Position numbers and translations under genes: made by a program. A model generated the notes under the pieces. The model did no database searches. It was not told the DNA's origin and worked only from the letters and a program-made list of their open reading frames with translations. Shown here piece after piece: positions 1 through 12,770 of a stretch of 64,000 nt of DNA. The stretch's first letter is position 1. Every line of letters begins with the position of its first letter. The DNA comes from Octopus sinensis. Its lineage: Eukaryota. The stretch lies in contig NC_042999.1 in NCBI RefSeq assembly GCF_006345805.1, forward strand, positions 170,066,001 to 170,130,000. Direction: 5' to 3'.

Positions 1-241
1 AAGTGCTTAAAACAGCAGGTTTGTATCATTATCATCATCAACACCATCATTTAACGTCTGTTTTTTCATGCTGGCATGGGTTGGATGGTTTCACAGAAGT
101 TGGCAGGTCAGTTGTCTGCTTTGGCATGGTTTCTACAGTTGGCTGCCCTTCTTAACGTCAACTAATTTACAGAGTATACTGGGTGCTTTTAGCATGGCGC
201 CAGCACCAGTGAGATCACACACACACACACACATACTTATA

Positions 242-434
242 CAGGGGATGCTGAAAAGTTCCTGGCTTTAAGGGTCTCATGAAAGGCTGGCTTGGAGGCC
301 TCACCTCCCAAGTTCTTTTTCAGGGCTTAGAAAAACTGAAGGACCACTGCAATTAATATGCAAATTTGAGTGAATCTGAGAATCCTCCTGTATTTTCTTT
401 TACCCAAAGCCAGGAACTTTTCTGCACCCCCTCA
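242..434. mobile_element. Mariner-type MITE
   Basis: About 28-bp imperfect TIRs (CAGGGGATGCTGAAAAGTTCCTGGCTTT / AAAGCCAGGAACTTTTCTGCACCCCCTCA) flanked by TA. Confidence 0.75.
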
Positions 435-999
435 TATATATATATATATATATATATATAGGCAAATTGAAAATGAAAAATATATATATTTTTAATTTTT
501 GATAAAAGTAAATAGACACACACAGATATATATTATGTGAGTGAGTGGTTGAGTTTGTCCTCCACCACCACTTGACAAATGGTGTTGGTTTGTTTACATC
601 CCCTATAGAATAATTACTGAGGTCCCAGCATTTCCAGTCCAAAAGATAAAAAATATAAAATGTATGAAAAATATTACCTGGAGAAGTTGTGTCTTCCGAT
701 ATTTGCATTGAATGATTATTATCAGCAAATGGATCCACTGGATTACAAATGGAAAAAAATACAGTGTTGTTGCATACATTAAGATGAACATTTTCAAGCA
801 TGTGTGCATTACTCTCTCCCTCTCTCTCTCTCCATGTGTCCATATATTTATCTGTTTGTAATACATACATAATATACAATATGCATATGAATGTTGTGTG
901 TGTGTGTGTGTGTGTCATCAACATCGTCATCATTTAATGTCCATTTTCTTTACTGGCATGGGTTGGATAGTTTGACAGGAGCTGGCCAGCTGGGGACAC

Positions 1000-1615
1000 C
1001 AGCCAGAAGGAATCTTTTCCTCATCTGCTGGTCCTTTGTCAACCTTTCAATGGATGTCTTTTGGCCTTTATACGTCACTTTAGTTCGACCCATCCTCGAA
1101 TATTGCATCCGGGCCTCAAACTCATATCTCCAGAAAGACATTCAGCACTTGGAATGGGTTCAGCACTTAGCCACCCGAATGGTTGCAGGCTTGTCTAAGC
1201 TTACGTATGAGGAACGTCTCCAACGGCTGGCATTACCTTCACTCGAACAATGGAGGATGCAGGGAGATCTCATCCTGGCTTCCAACATCTTCAATGAGAA
1301 TGTAAACCTACCATTTGTGGAGTTTTTTACCCCTGCGCCGGATAGGGGTCTTTGTGGGCATAATCGCAAACTCTATCTCTGTCACTTTTGACTCTCAACA
1401 GGCAGGCTGCATTCTTCATCCGTTTGGCAGCCCCATGGAACAAGCTACCACAAGATGTCATTCAACTGCCCACCATTCCCCTGTTCAAAGAGGCTCTGGA
1501 CAACTGTGTCAACTATGTATAAAACTGTTTATAACAATAACTGGGTTCCTTTTTTACATGGCTTAAGCACATTGTGCTCTTCTCCTGCCAATAAATTTGA
1601 TTTGATTTGATTTGA
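1000..1615 (+). mobile_element. 5'-truncated CR1/L2-like LINE, 3' end of ORF2
   Basis: LYVTLVRPILEY...HLEWVQHLATRMV...YEERLQRLALPSLE; ends in a (TTTGA)n tail. Confidence 0.85.
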
Positions 1616-2696
1616 ACTGAACTTTGCCTAGCCAATTCTTATTTCAGTGGCTATGCTTTCAAAACAACCACCCCCACTGCTAACTTGGTTGCCTAAGTAA
1701 CAGAAACTGTCGACTACTTCTAAGGATACCCCCTGATACATGAGGAAGTTTATGTTTTGTACATTCCTGGCATTTAATGTACCTGCACATCTTCCACATA
1801 TAAAAACTATTTTCTCTATTAGTCTTCCAGTGATCCTACTACACCTGTTGTATGTCCATAGCTTGCACTGGGTACATCATATGGTGTTTCTCCTGACACC
1901 TTTTCTATATATTGAGCAGGGATGTCTCTCTGAACTGAGCTGTGACTTGTGTTTTCACACTTTGATCTTTGCTAAATTAACTCTAAGGCCCTGTAGGTAG
2001 TTAGGGTAATTCTCAGCTGTTTCCTCTTTGAATGCATTCTGCTTATTCCATTGTTAACATTCAATATGCAGTCTCAATTGCTGCTAGAATTTTTGAAATT
2101 AGAAATGTTTTGGTATTATTTATTCAACATTACAAGCATTTCATTTACTAATTGGAATTATGAAGCTTTACCTATTGGATAGACATGTTCAGAATTTCTT
2201 TACATGTCTATCTAACAGGTAAGACTTTGTAATTGCTTTTAGCAAATGAAACATCATCATCATTTAACATCAGTTGTCCAATGCTGGCATGGATTGGAAG
2301 GTTTGACAGCGCTGGTATGCTGGAAGGCTGCACCAGACTTCAGTCTGGTTTGGCATGGTTTTCTACAGCTGGATGCCCTTCCTAACACCAAGCACTCTGA
2401 GAGTGTAGTGGGTGCTTTAAGTGCCACCGGCACAGGTGCCATTTGCATGACACTGGAGTGCTTTTACATGCCACTGGCATGGGTGCCAGTTTGCATGACA
2501 CCGGTATCTACCACGACTGCAATTTTGCTCAGCTTGATGGGTCTTCTTCTCAAGCACGACATAACGCCAAAGGTCTCAGTCATTGCCTCCATGAGGTCCA
2601 ACACTCGAAAGGAACTCAGCCACTTTGCTGAGTTCCTTTTGAGTGTTGAGCCTCATGGAGGCAATGCCCGAGACCTTTGGCATTAGGTCATGCTTG

Positions 2697-2764
<68 letters not shown>

Positions 2765-4235
2765 ATACTAGCAAACTACCCGTCCATTGGACAGTTTGTA
2801 TAGATGAAGAGGGTTAACTTGGATGGTGTTAAGTTTGGTGATTGTATGGGGTTGTTACTTTTGGTTAGGGCATTAAAGATTCCTGAGATGTTAAAACTGT
2901 TGACTGTTTCTTATAAATAAGGAAAATTGATTGATAGTGAATCTTAACACAGTGAACTTTTCAAAATTGTCATGAGGCCAATAAAATGAAGGAAAGCTGT
3001 TCAGCCCACAATATATACAACTTCCAGTGGAATCGGACATCATAATTAACCTTAAACTTTTTGCACTCAAACACTTTCACATCAGAATAAGCGCAATGTA
3101 CTCTTGCATAGTACGTACCTCATTGTTGACACCTTTATATCAGACTGAATGCTGTTTTATCTCCAAAGTGAATATTGCAAGTGATATCTAAGCAATAAAC
3201 AGTTCTTTGGCTTTTGCATTTGACGACTATTGCTTCATGTATTATAGTTTGATTTTCACTGGTGTAGTCATAAGAACTACGGGATAAGTAACATTAGTTT
3301 CGAATAAAAATATAAATGGAAGTTTTAATCACCCAATGGACAAGCAAACAGAAACTGCTACTCAATAAAGGCGCAAAAATGCTTAGGTAAGTCTCTCTCT
3401 TCTCTCAAAAACTGACACAGAAAGAGTTGAAACTCGGGGGGTGGAATAACACAATGTGCAATAAAATAACGATGCATGTTCTTTGCAAATCAATTTTATC
3501 TCAAAAACTGAACAAATACTGCTTATTTTTTAAAGTTGGATGAGGAGCATTAGGCAAATTTAGATGTAACCCCCCCCCCCCCGCCAAATTTTTCACGTTT
3601 TATAAGCAATCAATTAATCTTTTCTACTTTCAACTGAATTTTATTGAATATTTTCAGAAAATTGAGAAATCCCCAGTTATTTATTTGCTTTATTTTCACT
3701 TATTTGCTCACTTAAAGTAACTGCCTTTTCCTAGTAATTTTTCATGTCAGCTGGTTTATTGCACGGAAAACAGATATAAGAACACATTAGAATGGGAATG
3801 CACATGGTTGATTACAGTTAATTAAAGTTAGAGCGATATCGATTTTTTTAGCTGCTTACAAACATGTGAAAATGTAGAAATGAATACAGTTGTTTGTGGT
3901 CTGATATTTAAATCAAAATGAGACTGTATTTACAAATAGCAAGCTTTATTTACATATATCTGTCATTTAAATGAGAAAACATAGAAATGAATTGTTTAGA
4001 ACGTCGGTTGATGAACAGGATGGCAGAAGAAACAGGACAAAAAGATTACAAAAATAGCGATTCTCACTTTGAAACTGACAATTTTGAAAATCCTTTTAGA
4101 TTACAGAATGCCCTGCTCTCTCATATATCCATGTTTAAAAATTCAGTGCAATTGGATGAACAATACTCGAGTTATAAGCGCACAAACAGACAGACAAACA
4201 GAAGGGGATTTATATATTAGAGACAGGCAGACAGA

Positions 4236-4236
4236 C

Positions 4237-4321
<85 letters not shown>

Positions 4322-4322
4322 T
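4236..4322. repeat. (AGAT)n microsatellite
   Basis: About 20 perfect AGAT units preceded by AGAC units. Confidence 0.97.
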
Positions 4323-4820
4323 ACAGGGTGCATAAGATTTTTGAGGACACATTTATGTTTATAAAATACAGATATATAATAACAGATAATTTTATTTTTT
4401 CAAAAAATGCTATGAGGATAAAAATAAACCTTCTTTTCTGTAATGTTATTCAATAAAGCCACTTTCAGCTTCAACAACTGCTTCTATATGAGATCTAAAT
4501 CATCTACATGCTCGGATCAAGTGGTCCTGGTTCATTTTGGACATTACTCTGACTATGGCAGCTTTCAAAGAATCTTTGGTGTTATAGGCATGTTCATTGA
4601 CCTCTATCGAAACAACGCTCCACATGTAATAGTCCAGTGGATTGAGATCTGGGGCATTAGGAGGCCAAATGTTAGGGGTTATGTGACCATGAAAATTTTC
4701 ATCTATCCGTCCCTGTGTTACTAGAACTATGTGTGATAGTACAGAGTCATATATAACTGGACGACCTTCCTGCAAATTATCTTCAATATAGGGAAGGAAT
4801 CTATTTTGGCAAAAAATCAA
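4322..4820 (-). mobile_element. maT/DD37D (Tc1/mariner) transposon 3' fragment with one TIR
   Basis: ORF 4500-4820 has DSVLSH...WPPNAPDLNPLDYYMWS with exactly 37 residues between the two Asp; end TA-CAGGGTG at about 4322. Confidence 0.8.
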
Positions 4821-5479
4821 ACTGAATCAATCATAACTACCTTTCTGAGATTTACATCCCATTATATTATATTAGATAATGAGGTCCTAGACTTTCCTTT
4901 TTACATTAATATATATTAAGAAATTAAGTCAAAGACTGAACATGCCAAGGCTGCTTTTGATGAGATCAAAGTAGTGTTGAATATATGGTTATCAATAAAA
5001 GTCCTTACATATGATGGGATGACCTGTTTAATTCATGTATATGTTTGATCAGAGAAAACCTATGATCAAAGACTTTCTAATCATGGCCATCCCAAGTGTT
5101 TACAAACACATCGTATAATCTATCAAACTAGATTACACAATGTTGTAACTCAATTATTTTGACAATGAAATATGATTTGAGGGAAATTTGGCAGAGTAAG
5201 TGATTCCATTTAGCTTTGTTGCAAGTGCGTCATTTTTGTTTAATCTTAAGCATTGTTTATTTTATCCACAGTGAAGATTTGATAAACTGACTCTTCTGAT
5301 TCAAAGAGATTTTAGTCCTTTACTACCAAATTAGCGAGGAACCTAGTGGTGAACTGTATCACTGTAAGGTTATACATTTATTTATGATTTTTCTCATATG
5401 ATTTAATAAAAAAGCATGTATTAGTATCGACCTGTAAAGCCCATTAAGCATTACTACATAGTTCGATTAAGATTACATT

Positions 5480-5700
5480 CTAAGTGATTGACTTGAATTA
5501 ATGAATGACTATGTCAGTCCTCATGGCTGAGGGTTGGGGGCCTCAAACATAGCCACCACTCCTCAACACGTACAACACTCTCGTGCTGCAGCCATACACC
5601 ATGCCAGGTTCGCACCATCCAGTCTTTGATGTCATCGCTCTGTTCACCTAGATCCTGAGGAAGTAATTAGCGGTTGTTGTCTGATTAAGTGGCCAAAAAT
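5480..5700 (-). mobile_element. Probable RTE LINE extreme 3' end
   Basis: SDDIKDWMVRTW...EEWW...SHED* resembles RTE ORF C-termini; short tandem tail toward 5480. Confidence 0.45.
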
Positions 5701-8187
5701 ATTGCAGTTTTCGTCATCTGACTATCGTCATAATTTTCACCTGATGGCAATGCTAAAAAATTGACTCAGTATAACTGCATAATATCCAAAATAATTAGAA
5801 TTCCAACTAAGGCCCTCGTATTTTTTTTTCTGACACAATATATCTATGACTACATAATCCAAAGTGTTTTCCCACTTTTAGGGTTGTGCGAATACAATTT
5901 CAAAGATAATCTGGTGCTATTTCTAGCAGGTGGAAGACTACATATAGACGAATCTAGGTAAAAAAAAAAGTCACAGGAAAAAAAAGGCATGGAAAAAAAG
6001 TCGGTTTTGTCCACGTGAAAAAACATTCGAGTGAGGTCATTGCCAGTGCCACTAGACTTGCTCCTGTGCAGGTGGCACGAAAAAAGACACCATCTGAGCA
6101 TGGTCATTGCCAGTACCGCCTGACTGGCCCTCGTGCCAATGGCACGCAAAAGCACTCACTACACTCTCGGAGTGGTTGGCGTTAGGAGCTCTGCCAGGTC
6201 AGACTGGAGCCTGATTCGCCACTCCTCGGTCAAATCGTCCAACCCATGCTAGCAGGGAAAGCGGACGTTAAACGATGATGATTAAGGTTTTGTTCGAATC
6301 CCATAAATTGTGGGGGTTTTTTCCTAGCCAAAATTGTGACTTTATAACTGACTTTTTTTCCTGTGATTTTATTACCGGTCACTGGTAAGGACACCCTCAT
6401 TTAAAGCTAGTTGCATTGTTATTAAGGGCTAAGTATGTTTTTCTAGTAACATAGTAGAATATCACGGACAAAGATGGGATTGTTTCTCCGTTCAACTTTC
6501 TTCACTGATTGTGGTTGAGTCAAGTCAAATATTACGCCGTAATTGCCGAAAAACAGAGACCAGGGAAAATTGGTCGTAATCAACCTTAACCAAAATTATA
6601 GAATGAAGTTTGTGATTTTGTGTTTAGACGTTTAGAGACTGAGACGTCTGAGAGAGAAAAAACTAAATCTATAAATCTCTCTCTTTAATGAGTCTTACTG
6701 AACCGTCAGGTTCTTCCTTTCACAGCAATATACAGAATTATCCAAACTCGAACTTCCAAACATTAACTATTTAGCTTTGAAACAGCACAAGAAAGTGAGT
6801 TGTTGTTTATCTCCTATATTTTAATTGTTTGTTTATTCATAGGTTTCGTCTCATTCGATCCCCTGACCCCCAACGTTTGTTTTGTCCCCTCTTTTTCTCA
6901 ACCTTATGGTTAATAAAGAAATTGACTTATGTGTTCCAGCCATGACCATCCTATCTTATTTTCCGGCAATGTATCAAGGTCTACGTTATTCAATGTCCTT
7001 TTCTTTCAAGGCGGCAGAGAAATTTGATTGCTATTTCCAGCAGATCGAGCGATCGCATGGAACTTCTCTCTCGCTTGCTTTCGTAAACTTTCTGAATACA
7101 TTCGTTATATTGATAATATGTATGTATTTTGACCGCAAAATTTCCACTGAAAGATGTAGACTAATCAAGAATGTATCTTTTTGGATTATTCGTCGAATGT
7201 TTAACACTTTTGATAAAAAGCTAAAGTTCATTATTTCAATCACTTGGAGGAGGAAAGCAAAAATTAGAGAAGAAACTGTTTCGACATTTCTTTTGTATAA
7301 AACATTGTAAAATATAATTTAAAATATTTATCAGAGCAAAGTTTTAAGTCAAAATAATCTTTTGAAAAAAATTAAACTATTATTTTAGCGTAAATTATAC
7401 AAGTAAATATTACGAGAATAAATCTTAAACTCACTCATGTTTCCCTTAACGTCTGTTTCTCATTCAATTATTTTTAAGACACGCAGAGTTGCTTCCCATA
7501 GTCAATTTATCAAATAACTATGTTCAACCCTTATTGAGTAGATCTAAAATGAAAGGAATTCTAGTCATGACCATCCTGTCTTTTTAGGAGCTTCTGCAAC
7601 TACATTATCTAATATATATCCCTTCCTAAGTATCTCATCGTCAGTTGTATTTCTTACAGTAGAGAGATATTTGGCTATTATTTCTAGCAGATCAAGTAAC
7701 CACATACAACTTCCCTCATTCGCATACTGGAGACAATCTTGATGTTGCTTACATCTGCATGCTATAAGACATTCTGCAAAGCATCCAACAATGCTGTATA
7801 GCAGTCATTTTGTAATCACTGAAGTCATTAGAGAGATGAATATATTTTATAGGACATTGCTGGAAATCTCAAAAAAAAGTTTGTAAGTGATATCTTTCTT
7901 TGGTTAGAGCTATAAACTAATTAAGATAGCAACTTGAAAATTAAGTAGCTTTGAACAAGTTGCCCTCTGTGTTTCTGACCCACATCCTCTATAAATTCTG
8001 TTGTATTGCCTTAAAATTTCACTTGTTCCACCATGGTTGTTGGTGAAATGGTCACCTTCTATTCCTGCTTCACCTATTTATAAGTTTGAAATTTACCTGA
8101 TGATGGCAAGTTTTTTGCCATGATGTAATCTAAGAATGCATCAATAACATACTGCTGAAACAGCTGTTGTGAATTTTGAACTCCGCT

Positions 8188-8220
<33 letters not shown>

Positions 8221-8252
8221 TCATTATTTAATGTCCGTTGTCCATGCTGGTA

Positions 8253-9508
8253 CGAGGGACGTTCAATAAGTAATGCCTCTGACCCACTTGCAGTTGTTTG
8301 ATCTTGCTGAAATTGTGCATGTGCAATCATTTATATCTCTATAGAGTAAGTGGCAAATTACAGCTCTGAGCGAATTGTGGTTTCTGATTTACAGGTGTTT
8401 GAACCGAGTTAAGTGTGAAATGGAGCCTGTTGAGTGTCGAGCAGTGATCCGGTTTTTGTATTTGAAAGGACGCACACCACGGGAGACTTTTGATGAAATG
8501 AAAGTAACTTATGGTGATGATGCCCCATCATATGACCTTGTAAAACGCTGGCATCGTGAATTCAAACATGGTCGGAACTCTGTGGAAACAGCTCCCAGAT
8601 CTGGTCGCCCCCTTCTGCCATTGATGAGGCATCTGTCCGTCAAGTTGAGGCTGCCATTTTGGATGATCGACGCATAATTATTCGCCAAATAGCCCATGAG
8701 GTCAAGATTAGTGGAAACTATCATTCATGACCATTTGCATATGCAAAAGGTGTCTGCCAGATGGATTCCCAGGTTGCTCATGCCTTTCCAGAAGCAAGAA
8801 CGCGTCGAGTGCTCGAGGGTGAATTTGGAGATGTGCCAAGAAGATGAGTCAAAATTTTTCAAAAGACTGATTACACAGGATGAAACCTGGATCCATCACG
8901 ATGATCCAGAGACCAAAGCCCAGTCAATGCAGTGGAAGCACCGTGACTCACCCCCTCCAAAGAAGGCAAGGTCATGCTCAGTCTTCTGGGACCAGGACGG
9001 AGTAGTGATGACAGATTTCCTGGCAAAGGGTACCACAATTGCAGGAGCCTATTATGCTTCACTTTTGAGGAAATTAAGAGAAGTTATCAAAATCAAGAGG
9101 CGGGGCAAGATCAGCAAAGGCATCCTCCTCCTGCAGGACAACGCTCCGGTCCACAACTCGCTTGTCGCCAGATCAGAAGCACAGGCATATGGCTATGAAC
9201 TCCTCCCCATCCCCCCTACTTTCCTGACCTTGCACCCTCTGATTTTCCCCTCTTCCCAATCATGAAGTTATTTTTGAAAGGAAAGCGTTTTCCAGATGAT
9301 GCAGCCTTGATTTCTGAAGTCACGTTGAGGTTGGAGGACCAAGCTGGGTTCTGCTACAAAAACGGTCTCCAGAGTCGCATCAAACGATGGGAGAAATGCG
9401 TAAATCTGGGGGGTTCCTATGTAGAAAAAGACTAATAACTGTGCCAAGTTTCGTTGCTCTACTGCTATGGGAAGTGGGTCAGGGGCATTACTTATTGAAC
9501 ATCCCTCG
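8253..9508 (+). mobile_element. Full-length mariner (DD34D) transposon with frameshifted transposase
   Basis: 37-bp TIRs CGAGGGA(C/T)GTTCAATAAGTAATGCC(T/C)CTGACCCACTT with 2 mismatches; TA on both sides. Transposase pieces: MEPVECRAVIRFLYLKG...PRSGRP, ARWIPRLL, ITQDETW, LLQDNAPVH, HPPYFPDLAPSDF (needs a 1-nt correction); 34 residues between D2 and D3. Confidence 0.95.
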
Positions 9509-9736
9509 TATATAAATACATATATATATTTCTTTATTGCCCACAGGGGGGCTAAACATAGAGAGGACAAAGGGATTAAGTCAATTACATTGACCACAGT
9601 GTGTAACTGGTACTTTTTAATCGACCTCAAAAGGATGAAAGGCAAAGTCAACCTCGGCGGAATTTAAACTCAGAATATAACTGCAGATGAAATACCGCTA
9701 AGCATTTCAGCCGGTGTGCTAACGATCCTGCCAGCT

Positions 9737-9777
<41 letters not shown>

Positions 9778-9789
9778 CATATACATATA

Positions 9790-10640
9790 TATAGTGAGAA
9801 TTTACAAAAAAAAACAAAAGATGGGTGTGTAAACAACAAACAGATGTATTAGTTTAACGCTCAGGAAGTGAGAAAGTCTTTTATGTTTCGAGCCTACACT
9901 CTTAAACAGAAAGGAACACAGAAATAAACAGGGAGAGAAAATACAAAAAAGAATAGTGGCTAGCAATCTATCAAGGTGAATGCTGGACAGAGGGGTCACA
10001 CAGGAGAGCTAAGAAGGGGAGATAATAAAGTAGTGGTGATCCCAAAACAAAGGTGCACGTGCATGTGAGAGCTTGTATATGTGTGTGGAAGGAGGCTAGT
10101 GACATTGACGTATGCATATATGCATGTGTAGATGATGGTGTAGGTTTTGGGAAGTGGTCAATGCTAGTGTGTGCGAGGTGGTGTGAGGGAGGCGAGAGTG
10201 GGGTCTAAGGAAGGTGGGTAGGAGTGAAGAGAGGAAGTAGGTGTGAAAGGGAGGAGAGGAGGAGAGTTGAGCCCATGTGGTGCAAAGGAACGAAGTGAGA
10301 TTAATCCCTACTCACGGTGAAGATGGGAGTCTGGATGGTCCTTGTGCAAGGACAATCCGAACACAGGTGTTGTAAAAAGTGACCAGTAGAGTGGAAATGG
10401 CTCGAGACTGGGGTGCCGTTACCGAGTCGGATATCTCGGAGGTGTTCTACAAACCAGTCAGCCAAACAGCATTCTGTTTGACTGAGAGAGAGCAGGAGAT
10501 GAGGTTGCTAGAAGTGCAGGTGCAGGAGTCAGTGATATGATAAGGTCGATGATGGGTGCCTGTGGGGAGGGTGGTGTTGGAGAGGTAAGGGCAAGTGCGG
10601 CAGCGTGGACAGGAGCAGGTGAACGAGCTGGGTTGGGAAG
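9790..10640 (-). mobile_element. Penelope-like element 3' fragment: GIY-YIG endonuclease plus pLTR-like tail
   Basis: FTCSCPRCRTCPYL...HITDSCTCTSSNLI, then EHLRDIRLGNGTPVSSHFHSTGH; hammerhead-like relic at 9878-9913. Confidence 0.75.
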
Positions 10641-12770
10641 ATCCAGTATGTATGTATGTGTGTGTGGATATATATATATAAAGTTGTACTTTTGTTTTCA
10701 ACCCCTGGTCAATCAAAAGTATTTATTTCATTCCAGATATAAACGTCCCTTCTCTTTCCAACATATAGGACTACATTATGGTGTGATTTGTGAGAGATTT
10801 AGCGGATATTTCTCGAAGACCAAGTAACTCTGTAGAGGCTTCTGTTGTTCCGAGTTGGTGAAAGTCGTTCTAATCATGATTATGTAATGCTAAAAAGGTA
10901 AAGACAGAGACAATGTGTATCTTGGACTACAATAATCGACGTACTATATCCCCCTCTTTCCAAGAGAGTAGGGTCTGATTTGCGAGAGATCTGGTTGATC
11001 TGCCGCACTTGCCCTTACCTCTCCAACACCACCCTCCCCACAGGCACCCATCATCTAGAGGTTTCTTTTGTTTAGACTAGAGACAAAAGAAGCTCAAAAA
11101 TATTCATCTTTATCAATAGGCAGGCATTATGTATCTCGGACTATACTATCCAATGTGTCAGTAGGGTGTTTTGAGAGAAGTCATTTCTGGCAGACCAAGA
11201 AGTAACCTTAAGTTACTCCAAATTCCTACTTCGTAAACATCCATCACGACATGTTAACTGCCAAGCATAAATATTGAAACCTTAATTTAAATTAACTGCG
11301 TGATTAAGCTGCTGCTCATGGACAGAAATTTCAATTTTTTTTACTATAGCCATTCTAGTGCACGTATGAACAAGGTCCATAATGCTTGCTCATGCGAAAA
11401 TGGAAAAGTGGATGCATAACAAAAACAATGTTACTAAATCAATTATTTCATATTTATTATTTAACCGGACGAAGGAAGCCCAAGTGTCTACAATCACTGT
11501 TTAAAATAACTAACAAACCAATACTCTTTTCACACGAATTTGCAGTGGCGATAAAAGAAATGCCTGGTGATACTGGGTTATGTCCCTTTACGTGTTCTGT
11601 TGCAATCTTTGGCTCCGTCGTTCATTCTTCCAGGATCAGTTAAATAGTTGGAAATTAACAAGCATACGCTCGGACTACGCTATCAAAGCTGGCCATATAT
11701 AAAAGTATTTTAACAGCCGACAATACGTGTTGTATATTTTACAGCCATTGTTTAAACACGATGACTATTAAAATAAATTAAACTGAAAACCGTTTTATAG
11801 TGCATTTGAAAACCGTTGTCGACAACTGATGGCTAAAATTCAGTCAACTGTTTTTAATTAAATTCTATTTTAGTTTATATACGCACAGGCGTGGCTGTGT
11901 TGTTAGAAGCTTGCTTACGAACCACATGGTTCTGGGTTCACTCTCACTGCGTGGCACCTTGGGCAAGTGTCATCTACTATTGCCTCAGGCCGACCAAAGC
12001 CTTGTGAGTGGATTTGGTGGACGGGAATTGAAAGAAGCCCGTCGTATATATGTGTGCGACCTCCATCACTGCTGGAGTGTTTACATCCCTGTATGATTTA
12101 GTGGTTCAGCAGAAGAGACCGATAGAATACTAGGCTTGAAAAATAAGTCGTGGGTCGACTAAAACCCTTCAAAGCAGTGCTCCAGCATAGCCACAGTCAA
12201 ATGACTGACTATGCCTTACGAGTCCATAAGACTCATCCAAAGAATCACATTTAAGGATTCAGTCTGTAAATCCAAAAATTCATGAGTCATAAACAAAATA
12301 TTTTACACAAACTATTTATTCTAGAGCCCCAGATTGAATCTGATCAAAGGTGTTCTGGCCATGACCATCATCTCGTATCCTTGTAACAAAAATAAATAAA
12401 TGTTAGTTATGTTTTTAGGTTCAGTTCAACTGGGTGGCACCTACAGCAAGTGCCTTCTACTATTGGTTTGGGTTGACTGATGCTTTGTAAGTAGAAATGG
12501 TATATGGAAACTGCTTGTATCTGTGTGTGTGGATGTGCTTCTTGGGATGAGGTCGTTTGGGGAGAAAAACAAAATAATACACAGAGAACATTACATTCTG
12601 TAGCTCTGTGACCTTGAAGTGGTGGAATAAGGAAAAGCAAACCCTAACTTGTAATGAATGGTAAGAGTTGGTGACAGGAAGAGCATCTGACAGTAAAATA
12701 AGAGAAAAGAAAACATGTAAAACGAACAAGGGAACTTAGATATTCGGTTCTATATTTAAGAGATGAGGAA

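Noticed and set aside
2765-2930. Helitron-like start (TACTAGC plus a small hairpin)
   Set aside because: It is a single copy with no recognisable 3' terminus; insufficient support.
3316-6800. Possible plus-strand spliced transcript (AG|GTAAGT at 3386/3387, acceptor at about 5270, AAA|GTGAGT at about 6795)
   Set aside because: The joined frame stops within a few codons, and such sites are common by chance; RNA-seq would be needed.
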